Virus record (IMG/VR): IMGVR_UViG_3300033069_000592
Span: 400-64,399 of that record
DNA from: a virus
Lineage: Duplodnaviria > Caudoviricetes
Reading direction: 5' to 3' (one strand)
Length of the DNA: 64,000 nt
A program made the position numbers and the translations under genes. Positions 9,172 to 17,347 of the stretch are shown in pieces. Positions within the stretch are counted from its first letter, which is position 1, and each line of letters opens with the position of its first letter. Below the pieces are notes generated by a model. The model was not told where the DNA came from and did not search any database. It saw only the letters and a program-made list of their open reading frames with translations.

Positions 9172-9483
9172 TCAAAAATCGACCTGTAGATGTCTGTAAT
9201 CGTGAAGTGCCAGGATCAAAGGCGAGACGTATTGCTCAAACGTCGATTGATCGGGCACGACCACGAGGCTGCCCAACTGGAACTCAAATAAAGTACGCTT
9301 GCCACACCACAGTCCGAGGTATGACAGCTGGGTGCCCGGTAGCGTTGGGGAGTTTTGGGCTCGCTCGAAGGAAAGTTCGAAGCAAGGCTTGGGCGAGTTA
9401 AGCAGATAGCCCTTCACCCATCCACCCTTGAGTTCGGTTACGCCAGCAAGACGTCGAAGTCGAGAGTGGATGGGGTGGTACAT
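9172..9483 (-). CDS. Hypothetical protein
   Basis: ORF track; contiguous with upstream minus-strand genes. Confidence 0.5.
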   Translation of the reverse strand: MYHPIHSRLRRLAGVTELKGGWVKGYLLNSPKPCFELSFERAQNSPTLPGTQLSYLGLWCGKRTLFEFQLGSLVVVPDQSTFEQYVSPLILALHDYRHLQVDF

Positions 9484-9486
9484 AGC

Positions 9487-9882
9487 TTATACCAGGTGGG
9501 GGGCGATACGGCGAACGGTGTCCGTCAGCTCCTTCACCGCGTCATCAAGTCGATGGATCGCTTGATCCCGATGCTCTCGAAGAAGGAAGCCGTAGTAAGC
9601 TCGTTCGGTCGTCCTAAAAGTGGTGCAGGGGAAGAAGTCACAGACGGGAGGATTGCCTTCACCCTGCTCATGGGGGATAGACAACCAGTAGGGGCGTTCC
9701 TTGTGACGATTGACCACCCGCATTGCTGCACCGATGGACATATCCTTCAGAAGCCAGCTCGTGTCGAGGGGCATACCCTCATTAGCCTCATCCTTACGCT
9801 GACGCTTGCGCTCCTCTCGACGAATGCGACTCCGCTTGCGCTTGAAGTCGTCGCCTCGTTCCTCGCGCTTCTTCCGTGCCAT
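9487..9882 (-). CDS. Hypothetical protein with basic N-terminus
   Basis: TAATG overlap with upstream gene. Confidence 0.65.
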   Translation of the reverse strand: MARKKREERGDDFKRKRSRIRREERKRQRKDEANEGMPLDTSWLLKDMSIGAAMRVVNRHKERPYWLSIPHEQGEGNPPVCDFFPCTTFRTTERAYYGFLLREHRDQAIHRLDDAVKELTDTVRRIAPHLV

Positions 9883-10340
9883 TAGGCGGGAGCTCCCTCG
9901 AGCTCATCGATGCTCGCCAACCACAGGCGATAGTTGCGGGACTTGCTGTGGCCCTGATAGCCGCTCAGCATATCAGCGCCGGAAGCCTTCTGTTCCCAGA
10001 GTGAGACGTGAACCTCGACGCCTTCGTGGGACAAGCCGATCAGGCCATTCTTGATTGCGGGGATCGAAACGCCACAGACGGTGAAGTCGCCGAGGCCGAG
10101 CTTCGAGGAAGGGCCGATATTATCGATGGTGACATGGGCCCGGAACCGCGCAACGGGGATCGCCGTATTGAGCATCGCCTGGCCAATGGCGACGGCAACT
10201 TCATTCTGCTCAATCTCGGAAGCGACGATGCTGTCTTCCATATTGATCTGAGACTTGGCCTCGGCGATGGACAGGTCAGTCACCTGGATCAGTCGCGTCA
10301 ACGCTTCAACGGGTTGCATTGTATCTTCTCCTTCAAACAA
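9882..10340 (-). CDS. Hypothetical protein
   Basis: 152 aa ORF in tight minus-strand operon; start could be the second Met (MQPVE). Confidence 0.65.
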   Translation of the reverse strand: MFEGEDTMQPVEALTRLIQVTDLSIAEAKSQINMEDSIVASEIEQNEVAVAIGQAMLNTAIPVARFRAHVTIDNIGPSSKLGLGDFTVCGVSIPAIKNGLIGLSHEGVEVHVSLWEQKASGADMLSGYQGHSKSRNYRLWLASIDELEGAPA

Positions 10341-10563
10341 ACATTTCAGCTAGACGCTTCAGGTTGTCGGCGTCATCTTCGAACACCTCGACCTGATGCT
10401 TCAGCTCGTCGATCATCGCCTGCGCGTCGGGATCATCGCTCAGATCAGTGTTCAATCGACCGATGAGCGACAAGGAGTCATTGATACGCGAGTCCTGCAT
10501 TTCTGCGTGAGTCATCAGGATTGCGTGAACCTGTGACACGTCATCGGGCGAAAGGGTAATCAT
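10333..10563 (-). CDS. Hypothetical protein (76 aa, start at 10563)
   Basis: GGAG SD before ATG 10563 (MITLSPDD); promoter immediately upstream. Confidence 0.7.
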   Translation of the reverse strand: MITLSPDDVSQVHAILMTHAEMQDSRINDSLSLIGRLNTDLSDDPDAQAMIDELKHQVEVFEDDADNLKRLAEMFV

Positions 10564-10575
10564 GATTGCGTCTCC

Positions 10576-10625
10576 GTTGCGTTGTTTTGCGTTGTCATCA
10601 TACGATGGAGCATTACCAGACGCAA
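10576..10625 (-). promoter_or_regulatory. sigma70-type promoter with related +1 element
   Basis: TTGCGT-17nt-TATGAT then AACGCAAAACAACGCAAC before GGAG. Confidence 0.65.
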
Positions 10626-10636
10626 CTTCCCGCAAC

Positions 10637-11551
10637 TCACAAATCCCACTCAGGTCGGAAGTCGACAAACTCCTTGAAGTTAGGGTGTCGAGGCTTTTCC
10701 TTAGCACCCACCGCTTGAGACTTGTAGCGAACGAGCTTACCGAGCAGCGCTTTTGGGTCACGTTGAATTAGCTCCCAGAGCTTGTGTCGTTGGATCTTGG
10801 TAAACCCGCCGCCGACTCGAACCTCAGTGCCGTCCTTGATGTCGTCGAGGATAAAACCCCCAAGAGTACCTTTCGCTTTCTTTCCCGACTTAGCTGAGGA
10901 TCGCTTGAGCTTGCCGGTTGCTTCCCTCTTTGCTTCATTGGTGTTCTCCATTTCTTCATACCAGCCCTTGATGCGGCCTTCGCCATCCTTGAAGGGCTTG
11001 CACTTGAGCAACCAAGCCTGCTTGACCGTAGACTTGCCTTCCTTGTAGGGTCCTTTGGTATCTCGGACCATGATGCCTTCATAACCGAGCTCAAGTTTCT
11101 CGGTCAGATAATCCCGAAGCTCGAGGTGATCCCGAATGAGCCGATGCTTGAGCAGCTTGATGCGCTCGTGGGCCACAGAGCCGATCAAGTCGTGAGCCGC
11201 AAGGTATCGATCATACCAGTGATCGTCTAATCCTGGCCTGTCGAAGACCCATAGTGTAAAATCCGGCTCTCCATCTTCAGACGTAAGCCCTGAAGAAGTC
11301 CGTTGGAGAACGCCGGGACCCCGCCGACGACCAACAACTGCCTCCGCGTCGAGGAAACACCGAGGAGGAAGAATGTTGGATAGGGTTTCATGAAAGTGCC
11401 TGTTGGGAAACTTGGCCAATCGGCTGGTCATCGGGTGACTACCGAGCACACAGCGGAAGCCATCGATCTTTGGCGAGGCGTGAAGGGGGTAGATGAGGCG
11501 CTCGAAGTGATCTTCGTTAATCGCCTCACCTTTCATGGGACGCCTAATCAT
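10637..11551 (-). CDS. ATP-dependent DNA ligase (compact phage type)
   Basis: Adenylation motif ASPKIDGFR, EGIMVR, LLKCKP, C-terminal OB fold with VGGGFT and RHP. Confidence 0.92.
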   Translation of the reverse strand: MIRRPMKGEAINEDHFERLIYPLHASPKIDGFRCVLGSHPMTSRLAKFPNRHFHETLSNILPPRCFLDAEAVVGRRRGPGVLQRTSSGLTSEDGEPDFTLWVFDRPGLDDHWYDRYLAAHDLIGSVAHERIKLLKHRLIRDHLELRDYLTEKLELGYEGIMVRDTKGPYKEGKSTVKQAWLLKCKPFKDGEGRIKGWYEEMENTNEAKREATGKLKRSSAKSGKKAKGTLGGFILDDIKDGTEVRVGGGFTKIQRHKLWELIQRDPKALLGKLVRYKSQAVGAKEKPRHPNFKEFVDFRPEWDL

Positions 11552-11931
11552 TTCTTACGAGCCTTCAGTCGGTCACGAGCTTCCTTCTTTGGATCTTTCG
11601 CTTTGAAGCCCTTCTTTTCGATGGGATCCTTAGAATGATCGACCTTACTCGTCGGCTTTTTGGCCACTCGACGGGGCGGAAGCATGACGGTGATAAGCTC
11701 TTCATCCAGCGGAAGGTAAACAATCTGCGGTCGATAGCCCAAGGCTTCAGGGATTTTGAGACCCGCACCCTGTCGCTTGCGAAGGAAGGCGGAAACTTGC
11801 TGAGCAGTGATGCCGTTTTCCACAGCCCAATCACTGACGGATGACTTCTCATCCTTTGCCGCATCTCTTAGGAGCTTGCGAAGCCCCTTTTCAGTGATAG
11901 CGGTCTTGGGAACTCGATATTTCTTGTCCAT
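11548..11931 (-). CDS. Cro/C1-type HTH protein
   Basis: SSVSDWAVENGITAQQVSAFLRKRQGAGLKIPEALG. Confidence 0.6.
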   Translation of the reverse strand: MDKKYRVPKTAITEKGLRKLLRDAAKDEKSSVSDWAVENGITAQQVSAFLRKRQGAGLKIPEALGYRPQIVYLPLDEELITVMLPPRRVAKKPTSKVDHSKDPIEKKGFKAKDPKKEARDRLKARKK

Positions 11932-12038
11932 GATACTCTCCGAAGGTCGGGGCGCACTGCTAAGCCGTGGCGTTTAAGCTTTCCAGCGTTGAAAGGAAAG
12001 ACCCCCGCTGATCCAACGATGCCGTCCCTTGCTCGTTG

Positions 12039-12305
12039 TCAGCTGTCCTTCGACTTCTTGTCGGCCTTGGAAGGCTTTTCGTCGTCGAGTGCCGCGGCAG
12101 CCTTTGCCTCTTCCTTCTCGAAGAGCTCGGACAGCGGCTGGGGCTCGGGACCCTGCTCGACTTCGAGGACGTGGTTGGCTTCGATATGGAACTCGCGTTC
12201 TTCGAAAGGGGCGAGGTTGAAGGTGTTTCCTTCACCGCCCTCCTTCGGGCGAAGGGACACAACGGCGCCCCATGCGCGAGCCTTGACCTTCACAGTGGTA
12301 GTCAT
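12039..12305 (-). CDS. Hypothetical protein (88 aa, start at 12305)
   Basis: GGAG SD and promoter upstream of MTTTVKVK. Confidence 0.75.
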   Translation of the reverse strand: MTTTVKVKARAWGAVVSLRPKEGGEGNTFNLAPFEEREFHIEANHVLEVEQGPEPQPLSELFEKEEAKAAAALDDEKPSKADKKSKDS

Positions 12306-12317
12306 GACTGTTCTCCA

Positions 12318-12368
12318 GTTGCGACATTGCAACGGAGACACAATAACGAATTGACGTTAAGAAGTCAA
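12318..12368 (-). promoter_or_regulatory. sigma70-type promoter with +1 hairpin
   Basis: TTGACT-17nt-TATTGT-6nt-GTTGC AATGTC GCAAC-TGGAG. Confidence 0.75.
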
Positions 12369-12668
12369 CCCGACAATTCTCAGATTAAGAGGGTAGTCAT
12401 CCGCCGGCGGATATGATAGCCAGGGTCGCGGGTAAGGTGTTCCATGGGGAACCACAGGGATCATAGTAAAGAAAGGGACGCCTAGTCGAGTATTGATCGC
12501 AACCTCACCTGCTGCCATGCGTTGCTCAAAGGCCATGACAAGCTCAAACCCAACGGCTTGACTTACGGGACAAGCTAGGCCGGGATAGACTACAAAATAA
12601 AGGCCGAGCGCCGAACGGTACTCGACCTCCACTTCTTGGCCAACCAGCTCAAGCTTAAGAATTCCCAT
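12357..12668 (-). CDS. Hypothetical protein
   Basis: ORF track; purine-rich SD-like run upstream; atypical codon usage. Confidence 0.45.
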   Translation of the reverse strand: MGILKLELVGQEVEVEYRSALGLYFVVYPGLACPVSQAVGFELVMAFEQRMAAGEVAINTRLGVPFFTMIPVVPHGTPYPRPWLSYPPADDYPLNLRIVGLTS

Positions 12669-12756
12669 CCCCTTGTCCCTTCAGCCACTTGCCCAACAAG
12701 ATGCCGGCAGGGATGGCAGCCACCCAATACAAAGCGAACCATCCCCGCCCGGACAT
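12655..12756 (-). CDS. 33-aa single-pass membrane peptide (not in ORF track)
   Basis: TGATG overlap with upstream gene; MSGRGWFALYWVAAIPAGILLGKWLKGQGDGNS. Confidence 0.55.
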   Translation of the reverse strand: MSGRGWFALYWVAAIPAGILLGKWLKGQGDGNS

Positions 12757-12998
12757 CACTCTGGATCCTCGTCCAGCTCATCCCGGTTTTCGATCTTGGA
12801 CTTCTTGAGCAGTCGGTTGTGAAGCTTGGCAATCTGCTTGGCAACCTTGCGCTGCTTGGCGGGAGTCGGGAAGTCGGCATCATCATCGGCTTCGCCCGCA
12901 CAGTAGTCGTCGTAGCGCAGCTCGATAGCATCGAGTGCGACTTCATAGGCCTTGCGGCCCGGCGTCATCTTGACGACGGCTTTCGGCTTCTTCGCCAT
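12756..12998 (-). CDS. Hypothetical protein
   Basis: TAATG overlap; typical codon usage. Confidence 0.7.
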   Translation of the reverse strand: MAKKPKAVVKMTPGRKAYEVALDAIELRYDDYCAGEADDDADFPTPAKQRKVAKQIAKLHNRLLKKSKIENRDELDEDPE

Positions 12999-13156
12999 TA
13001 CTTCGCTTCCTTCACTTCGACGGTAATGGCCTTCGGAGCCCCGTCCTTGAACGCCGATTTCTTGATGTAGAGCGACGGGATCGGCGCGTTGTCCTCGTCG
13101 TTCTTGAAGACGAAGGTGCCCTTCGTTTCACGTTCGATCTTCAGGGTGGTCTTCAT
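12998..13156 (-). CDS. 52-aa hypothetical protein (not in ORF track)
   Basis: GAGGG SD; MKTTLKIERETKGTFVFKNDEDNAPIPSLYIKKSAFKDGAPKAITVEVKEAK; highly biased codons. Confidence 0.75.
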   Translation of the reverse strand: MKTTLKIERETKGTFVFKNDEDNAPIPSLYIKKSAFKDGAPKAITVEVKEAK

Positions 13157-13185
13157 CGTATGTCCCTCGTTGTTTAGACAGAGGC

Positions 13186-13214
13186 ATTATCAATCATTCA
13201 TTGCCACCTGTCAA
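13186..13214 (-). promoter_or_regulatory. sigma70-type promoter
   Basis: TTGACA-17nt-GATAAT. Confidence 0.65.
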
Positions 13215-14044
13215 CGCACCACTTCCGCGGGTAGCATTTTGCGGTACTGGATCCACCCATCGAAGTTCCCGTGGAGGTGGGGCTCATACCAATGATGAAC
13301 CTTATGAACCTTAGCAATCAGCCGGTCCGGCGTTGCCTGGTGCTCGGCCGGCGAAGCGTGAACCGGGCGACTGACAACCAGCTTCTCATACCGAGCAATC
13401 TCAGCGTTGACGTCCGCCTCACCGTCGAACGGCTTGTAGCTGAGTCGGGCGCATCGGGCCACAGACATCATCTGGAGGGTATTCAAGCCCCAACGCCCGT
13501 CGGCTTCCCAGTCGCTGATGTAGGGCAGGTGCCACTCACCGTGGTGCAGCAGCTTCGGGGTGCTCGAGTCCATGGCGTTCTTCATCGCCGTCGCCAGCTG
13601 GTCGAACTCAGGCTGAGCATACGGACTGATCCGAAGCTCAAAAAAGTTCTTCCATCGGGTAGCCGTCACCAGAACGTCAATCCACCCAAACCACTCGAGC
13701 GGCCGATTGGCCCATTGCTTGTGCATACCCTCGGCCTGCCAGTGTTCGACCTGATCGCGGCAGATCTGGGCTAGGCGTTCCCACTCATCCGCCCACTTCC
13801 GCTGAAGATGGTCGGGCGCCCGAATTTCGGATTGCATACCCGGCTTGTTCATGCCGAACTCGGGCACGAAGATCTGCTCGGTCAACAAGACCTTGCTCGG
13901 TACTGCACGACTGCTGCGAGCATTACGGCTGAAGTCTCGATGAGTCATCAGCTCCGAGTGGATCGCTCGCCAATAGCGAAGGTGAAAGGTGGTCAGCCGG
14001 ATGCCTTCGGGGCTGATGCTGTCGAGAATGATGTTGGCGAACAC
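13211..14044 (-). CDS. thyX: Flavin-dependent thymidylate synthase (ThyX-like), GTG start at 14044
   Basis: HSELMTHRDFSRNARSSRAVP, HKQWANRPLE, NFFELR...AQPE; SD AAGGAAG. Confidence 0.85.
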   Translation of the reverse strand: MFANIILDSISPEGIRLTTFHLRYWRAIHSELMTHRDFSRNARSSRAVPSKVLLTEQIFVPEFGMNKPGMQSEIRAPDHLQRKWADEWERLAQICRDQVEHWQAEGMHKQWANRPLEWFGWIDVLVTATRWKNFFELRISPYAQPEFDQLATAMKNAMDSSTPKLLHHGEWHLPYISDWEADGRWGLNTLQMMSVARCARLSYKPFDGEADVNAEIARYEKLVVSRPVHASPAEHQATPDRLIAKVHKVHHWYEPHLHGNFDGWIQYRKMLPAEVVR

Positions 14045-14045
14045 T

Positions 14046-14150
14046 CTACTTCCTTTCTGCGGCTCGTGCCGCCATGCCGATGAGATAACCGGCGACAATC
14101 GAGATGGCCTGCCATAGGGCAACCTCCCGGACGGTATACTCACCCGTCAT
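14046..14150 (-). CDS. 34-aa single-pass membrane peptide (not in ORF track)
   Basis: MTGEYTVREVALWQAISIVAGYLIGMAARAAERK fills the gap between the MazG-like gene and thyX. Confidence 0.5.
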   Translation of the reverse strand: MTGEYTVREVALWQAISIVAGYLIGMAARAAERK

Positions 14151-14454
14151 CGCGAGGGTGCCGCCCGGCCTGAATGTTGTTGTGCCAGCGGCTGAACTTC
14201 TTGAACTTCTTCTCCGCCCGATTGACCATCTTGCCTCGGTTGAGCTTGTTGTGCTGGATCACGAAGTCCATCGCGGCCATTACATCGGCCAGCTCTTCTT
14301 CAAGGAGCAGCTTCAGGTTCAGACCATCCCAGCTGGTGAAGCCATGAGCACCCATGATCTTGCCGATGACCTGGTGAGTCTCCCCCATTTCTTCGATGAG
14401 CTTGCTGAAGCCGGGCAGGGTGTCGCTGCCGATACAGTGTGGGATATTCTTCAT
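14140..14454 (-). CDS. MazG-like nucleotide pyrophosphohydrolase
   Basis: KLIEEMGE ... EEELADV all-alpha NTP-PPase motif. Confidence 0.75.
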   Translation of the reverse strand: MKNIPHCIGSDTLPGFSKLIEEMGETHQVIGKIMGAHGFTSWDGLNLKLLLEEELADVMAAMDFVIQHNKLNRGKMVNRAEKKFKKFSRWHNNIQAGRHPRDDG

Positions 14455-14702
14455 GACAGGGGATCCTTACAGGGTTTGGCTTCGTGGGTATGGCGGTACT
14501 GGTTGACGAACCGGTCTCGATTGGCCTGGCCTTCGAAGACATAGACCCGAGTCCCGCGCTCAAAGACCATACTCATCCAGTGACCGTAGGAGTCGTGGCT
14601 GATATACTCCTGCTTCAGCGGTGTAGAGGCTTGAGCGTAGTGCGGGTCTTGGTACTTCTTGACCTTCTGACGCCACAGGTTCACCTGGTCTCGGTAGCTC
14701 AT
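14451..14702 (-). CDS. Hypothetical protein
   Basis: ATGA overlaps at both ends. Confidence 0.65.
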   Translation of the reverse strand: MSYRDQVNLWRQKVKKYQDPHYAQASTPLKQEYISHDSYGHWMSMVFERGTRVYVFEGQANRDRFVNQYRHTHEAKPCKDPLS

Positions 14703-14992
14703 GGCTTTTCTCCTCGACAACGGTTAGGGGTCTTGGTCCACCGAGGGTCTTTCACGCAGACCTTGACGGATTGATCGCACACGGAGTCATAGCGGATAAC
14801 CGGGTAAGCACCGCCCGGAGCACCGCCACCGCTCGGACTTGTCTCCATCGAGACGTAGGGCTCCTCATGGCTCTTGATGCACCTGCTCTCCCAACGGGGA
14901 GGTTGAGGGATTGAGGCCACATAGACCATCAGGGCGAAGGCCCCCAGGGGTATCCCAATGAAGATCAGGGTATCGGGCCTAGGAAGTCTCAT
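14699..14992 (-). CDS. Membrane-anchored hypothetical protein
   Basis: N-terminal hydrophobic helix LIFIGIPLGAFALMVYVASI; Cys-containing C-terminus. Confidence 0.6.
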   Translation of the reverse strand: MRLPRPDTLIFIGIPLGAFALMVYVASIPQPPRWESRCIKSHEEPYVSMETSPSGGGAPGGAYPVIRYDSVCDQSVKVCVKDPRWTKTPNRCRGEKP

Positions 14993-15180
14993 CTTTTCCT
15001 CGCATACTTGATGACCAGAGTGTAGAGCTCGAAGTCATCGGGCTTCCTTCGGTTGTTGCCAGTGACCTGAGTGATATGGGCGTTGCCCTTCTCTACGTCA
15101 TCCGCAAGTCGGCGGAGCTGACGGATAACCTCGGCCGGCTCAATGCCAACGCGGAAAGTCTTAGCGGCTGGCTTTCTCAC
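14989..15180 (-). CDS. Hypothetical protein
   Basis: 4-nt overlaps with both neighbours. Confidence 0.6.
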   Translation of the reverse strand: MRKPAAKTFRVGIEPAEVIRQLRRLADDVEKGNAHITQVTGNNRRKPDDFELYTLVIKYARKR

Positions 15181-15455
15181 ACCAGATACCTTTCCAAAAA
15201 GTACAAAGCTGCCCCGTTCATAAGGCAGCGCCGAAAATCGACGGGCAATAGGCGCCGGTTCAGTCGCCGCTCGGTGCAGCCGATACAGAGCACCTCATCC
15301 TTGCGAGCGATGCTAAGCCACACTGGGTCCTTGAGCATGGGAGCGTCAGCGCCCCAGCCACAGTCAGCGCATCGGTAGCGATGGCTCTTGGGCTCGATCT
15401 TGCTGTAGATTTCCTGTGGAGTAGCGAGCATCGGCTTCTTCACGCGATCCTCCAT
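15177..15455 (-). CDS. Small Zn-binding protein
   Basis: CADC ... LCIGCTERRLNRRL. Confidence 0.65.
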   Translation of the reverse strand: MEDRVKKPMLATPQEIYSKIEPKSHRYRCADCGWGADAPMLKDPVWLSIARKDEVLCIGCTERRLNRRLLPVDFRRCLMNGAALYFLERYLV

Positions 15456-15640
15456 ACCATAAGAATGCCGCCTTCATACAGAGTGCGGTAGCGTCTGCCG
15501 GCAGCGTTGTTCTTGTTGATCGAGTAGATACGGCCCCTGATGGTCTTACACTCCTTCAGGTTGACCTCGTACTCGGTGGCCTTGCTCAGCGAGATATTGA
15601 GCAGGTCATGATCTGTGGGGATAGTGCGTATCGCTGCCAT
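15440..15640 (-). CDS. Hypothetical protein
   Basis: TGATG overlap. Confidence 0.65.
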   Translation of the reverse strand: MAAIRTIPTDHDLLNISLSKATEYEVNLKECKTIRGRIYSINKNNAAGRRYRTLYEGGILMVWRIA

Positions 15641-15912
15641 CAGTTGAGGTCCTTCTTGTCGAGCGGCTTGTCCTCGGTCATCTTGAGGTTGTAGCCGTGA
15701 AGGATATTCGCGCTGGCGGTCATCATGCCGTCAGTCAGCTCGAGGGTGGACGAAGCGATCACCACGCCGATCATACGGCCGAGCATCGCAAGGTGAACGA
15801 GCGGGCCAAGCTCCATATGCTCGGACAGGGCGGTAGCCATCGCGTGCTCCAGCTTTTCCATCTCAGGCGAAGCTTCGACAAACGCGGCCATGATCTGAGG
15901 GTCGTCAGACAT
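15640..15912 (-). CDS. Hypothetical protein
   Basis: SD AAGGA; promoter upstream. Confidence 0.7.
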   Translation of the reverse strand: MSDDPQIMAAFVEASPEMEKLEHAMATALSEHMELGPLVHLAMLGRMIGVVIASSTLELTDGMMTASANILHGYNLKMTEDKPLDKKDLN

Positions 15913-15938
15913 AACGTGTTCCTTGTTGTGGTGATGTC

Positions 15939-15967
15939 ATTATATGACGACGAGGAGTGGGACGCAA
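15939..15967 (-). promoter_or_regulatory. sigma70-type promoter
   Basis: TTGCGT-17nt-TATAAT. Confidence 0.75.
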
Positions 15968-15972
15968 CTCTC

Positions 15973-16179
15973 TTATGCTTCGAAGTAGTTGCCGTCGGGA
16001 TCGAACAGAACATCGTCGTGGATAAAGGCCACAGGGCTCAGGTCAAGTGTAGAGTCTTTGCGGGGGTCGAACTTGCACAGGCCGAACGTCGGAGGATTGA
16101 CAGGCCACTTGTCCATCTCAGTGGGTGTGAGAGGACGCAGGATCAGCGGGGTATTCATGATAGTAGAAAGCTTGGTCAT
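15973..16179 (-). CDS. Hypothetical protein (start uncertain)
   Basis: ORF track frame; Met candidates at 16179 and 16158. Confidence 0.5.
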   Translation of the reverse strand: MTKLSTIMNTPLILRPLTPTEMDKWPVNPPTFGLCKFDPRKDSTLDLSPVAFIHDDVLFDPDGNYFEA

Positions 16180-16241
16180 TGATAGCGCTCCGGCAGTGGT
16201 GGAAGTGTATTGTCGCACTGCCGGAGCTGGTGTTCAACTGC

Positions 16242-16667
16242 TCAATGCCGGCGCTTGGTACGCGGCAGCTGAACGAGCCAGGATCCTTTGCCGTTCTGGA
16301 CCGCGCAGGTATCAGCAAGCATCATGCTGAACTCCCGGATCCCGCGGAACTCCTTGTGGGATCGAGTGCTGAACTTGAAGTACTGGAAGCCATCCAGCTG
16401 TAGCTGAGGGAAGATGATCAGCTCGGGCTTGTCCCGGCGCTCAGGCGGAATGTCCTCTTCCATATGCTGAGGAGTGATAATCCGGACGTGCGGCCAGGGG
16501 AGAACCTTCGACTCACGATGGAATGACCACAGGATCGCGCCGGAAGGTGAGAGGGTCTCGGAGAGCGAGGAGAGTGGGGAGACCTTGAGAGTTAGGATGC
16601 CATTGTTATGGGAGAGGGCGTAGGGAGAGACCTGGTTAGGGGTTGGAAGAAGGGTCTGGTTCATCAT
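16242..16667 (-). CDS. Hypothetical protein
   Basis: SD AGGAG and promoter upstream. Confidence 0.65.
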   Translation of the reverse strand: MMNQTLLPTPNQVSPYALSHNNGILTLKVSPLSSLSETLSPSGAILWSFHRESKVLPWPHVRIITPQHMEEDIPPERRDKPELIIFPQLQLDGFQYFKFSTRSHKEFRGIREFSMMLADTCAVQNGKGSWLVQLPRTKRRH

Positions 16668-16691
16668 CGTTCTCCTAGGTTAGGATCGGTG

Positions 16692-16720
16692 ATGATCGCA
16701 TCGGTGGACTAGTCTGTCAA
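16692..16720 (-). promoter_or_regulatory. sigma70-type promoter
   Basis: TTGACA-17nt-GATCAT. Confidence 0.55.
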
Positions 16721-16848
16721 CTCGATTAGCCTTTCAATCAATTACGTGACTCCATAAACCTTAGAAATATGGATATGGACCAGGTCAGTGATACATACAA
16801 AAATCGCGGAATTTTATTACGTCGGTGTTTAATGAAATTACATTAATA

Positions 16849-16886
16849 AAACGTTGCGATTGTATGTTTACATTATCGCAACGTTT
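16849..16886 (-). terminator. Terminator-like hairpin after the 99-aa gene
   Basis: Perfect 12-bp inverted repeat AAACGTTGCGAT (16849-16860) / ATCGCAACGTTT (16875-16886), followed on the minus strand by a T/A-rich run. Confidence 0.65.
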
Positions 16887-16900
16887 CATGTCATCGCGCG

Positions 16901-17200
16901 TTATTCCGCATCGACGTTTTCGCGCGTTGTCGCGTCATTCTTTTTCGTCGTGCGCTTTTTCGCGTTTTCGATGCGTTGCGCGTAACGCGCGTCGAATGCG
17001 CAACGAATTGCGTCGTATTCACGCGAATTGTTTGCAATCCATGACGTGTTTTTGACATGCGATTGCGCAAACGCGACGCGCAATTTCGCGCGAATCTTTT
17101 TCGCGTTGTCGTCGATGATCGTTTTTTCACGCATCGCGTCATCGATGATCGTTTTCAAAACGATTGGAAACGCGCGCGTTTTCGTGTTTGACTTCGACAT
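16901..17200 (-). CDS. 99-aa basic protein encoded almost without CC/CT/GG/AG (probable family member 5)
   Basis: SD AAGGAA before ATG 17200 (MSKSNTKT); KKIRAKLR...SW resembles KIARAKLR...SW of the 27653 protein. Confidence 0.75.
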   Translation of the reverse strand: MSKSNTKTRAFPIVLKTIIDDAMREKTIIDDNAKKIRAKLRVAFAQSHVKNTSWIANNSREYDAIRCAFDARYAQRIENAKKRTTKKNDATTRENVDAE

Positions 17201-17224
17201 TTCGTTTATTCCTTTTTTCATCGA

Positions 17225-17281
17225 ATCGCGTGATTGCGTTTTCGATGTCATGAATATGCGCGCAAACGTTTAATAAATCAA
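17225..17281 (-). promoter_or_regulatory. sigma70-type promoter with leader motif
   Basis: TTGATT-17nt-CATATT; leader contains AACGC AATCAC GCGAT. Confidence 0.6.
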
Positions 17282-17347
17282 TAACGTGATGAAAAATTAT
17301 TTGTTTCATTTTGACACAACCCATAATTAACAAACAAGGTTAACAAA

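Noticed and set aside
16825-17333. Overlapping alternative ORFs (16825+, 16891-, 17028+, 17139-) in the CY-free island
   Set aside because: They arise because the skewed composition removes TAG and reduces other stops. Only 16901-17200 has an SD, promoter, terminator and family similarity.
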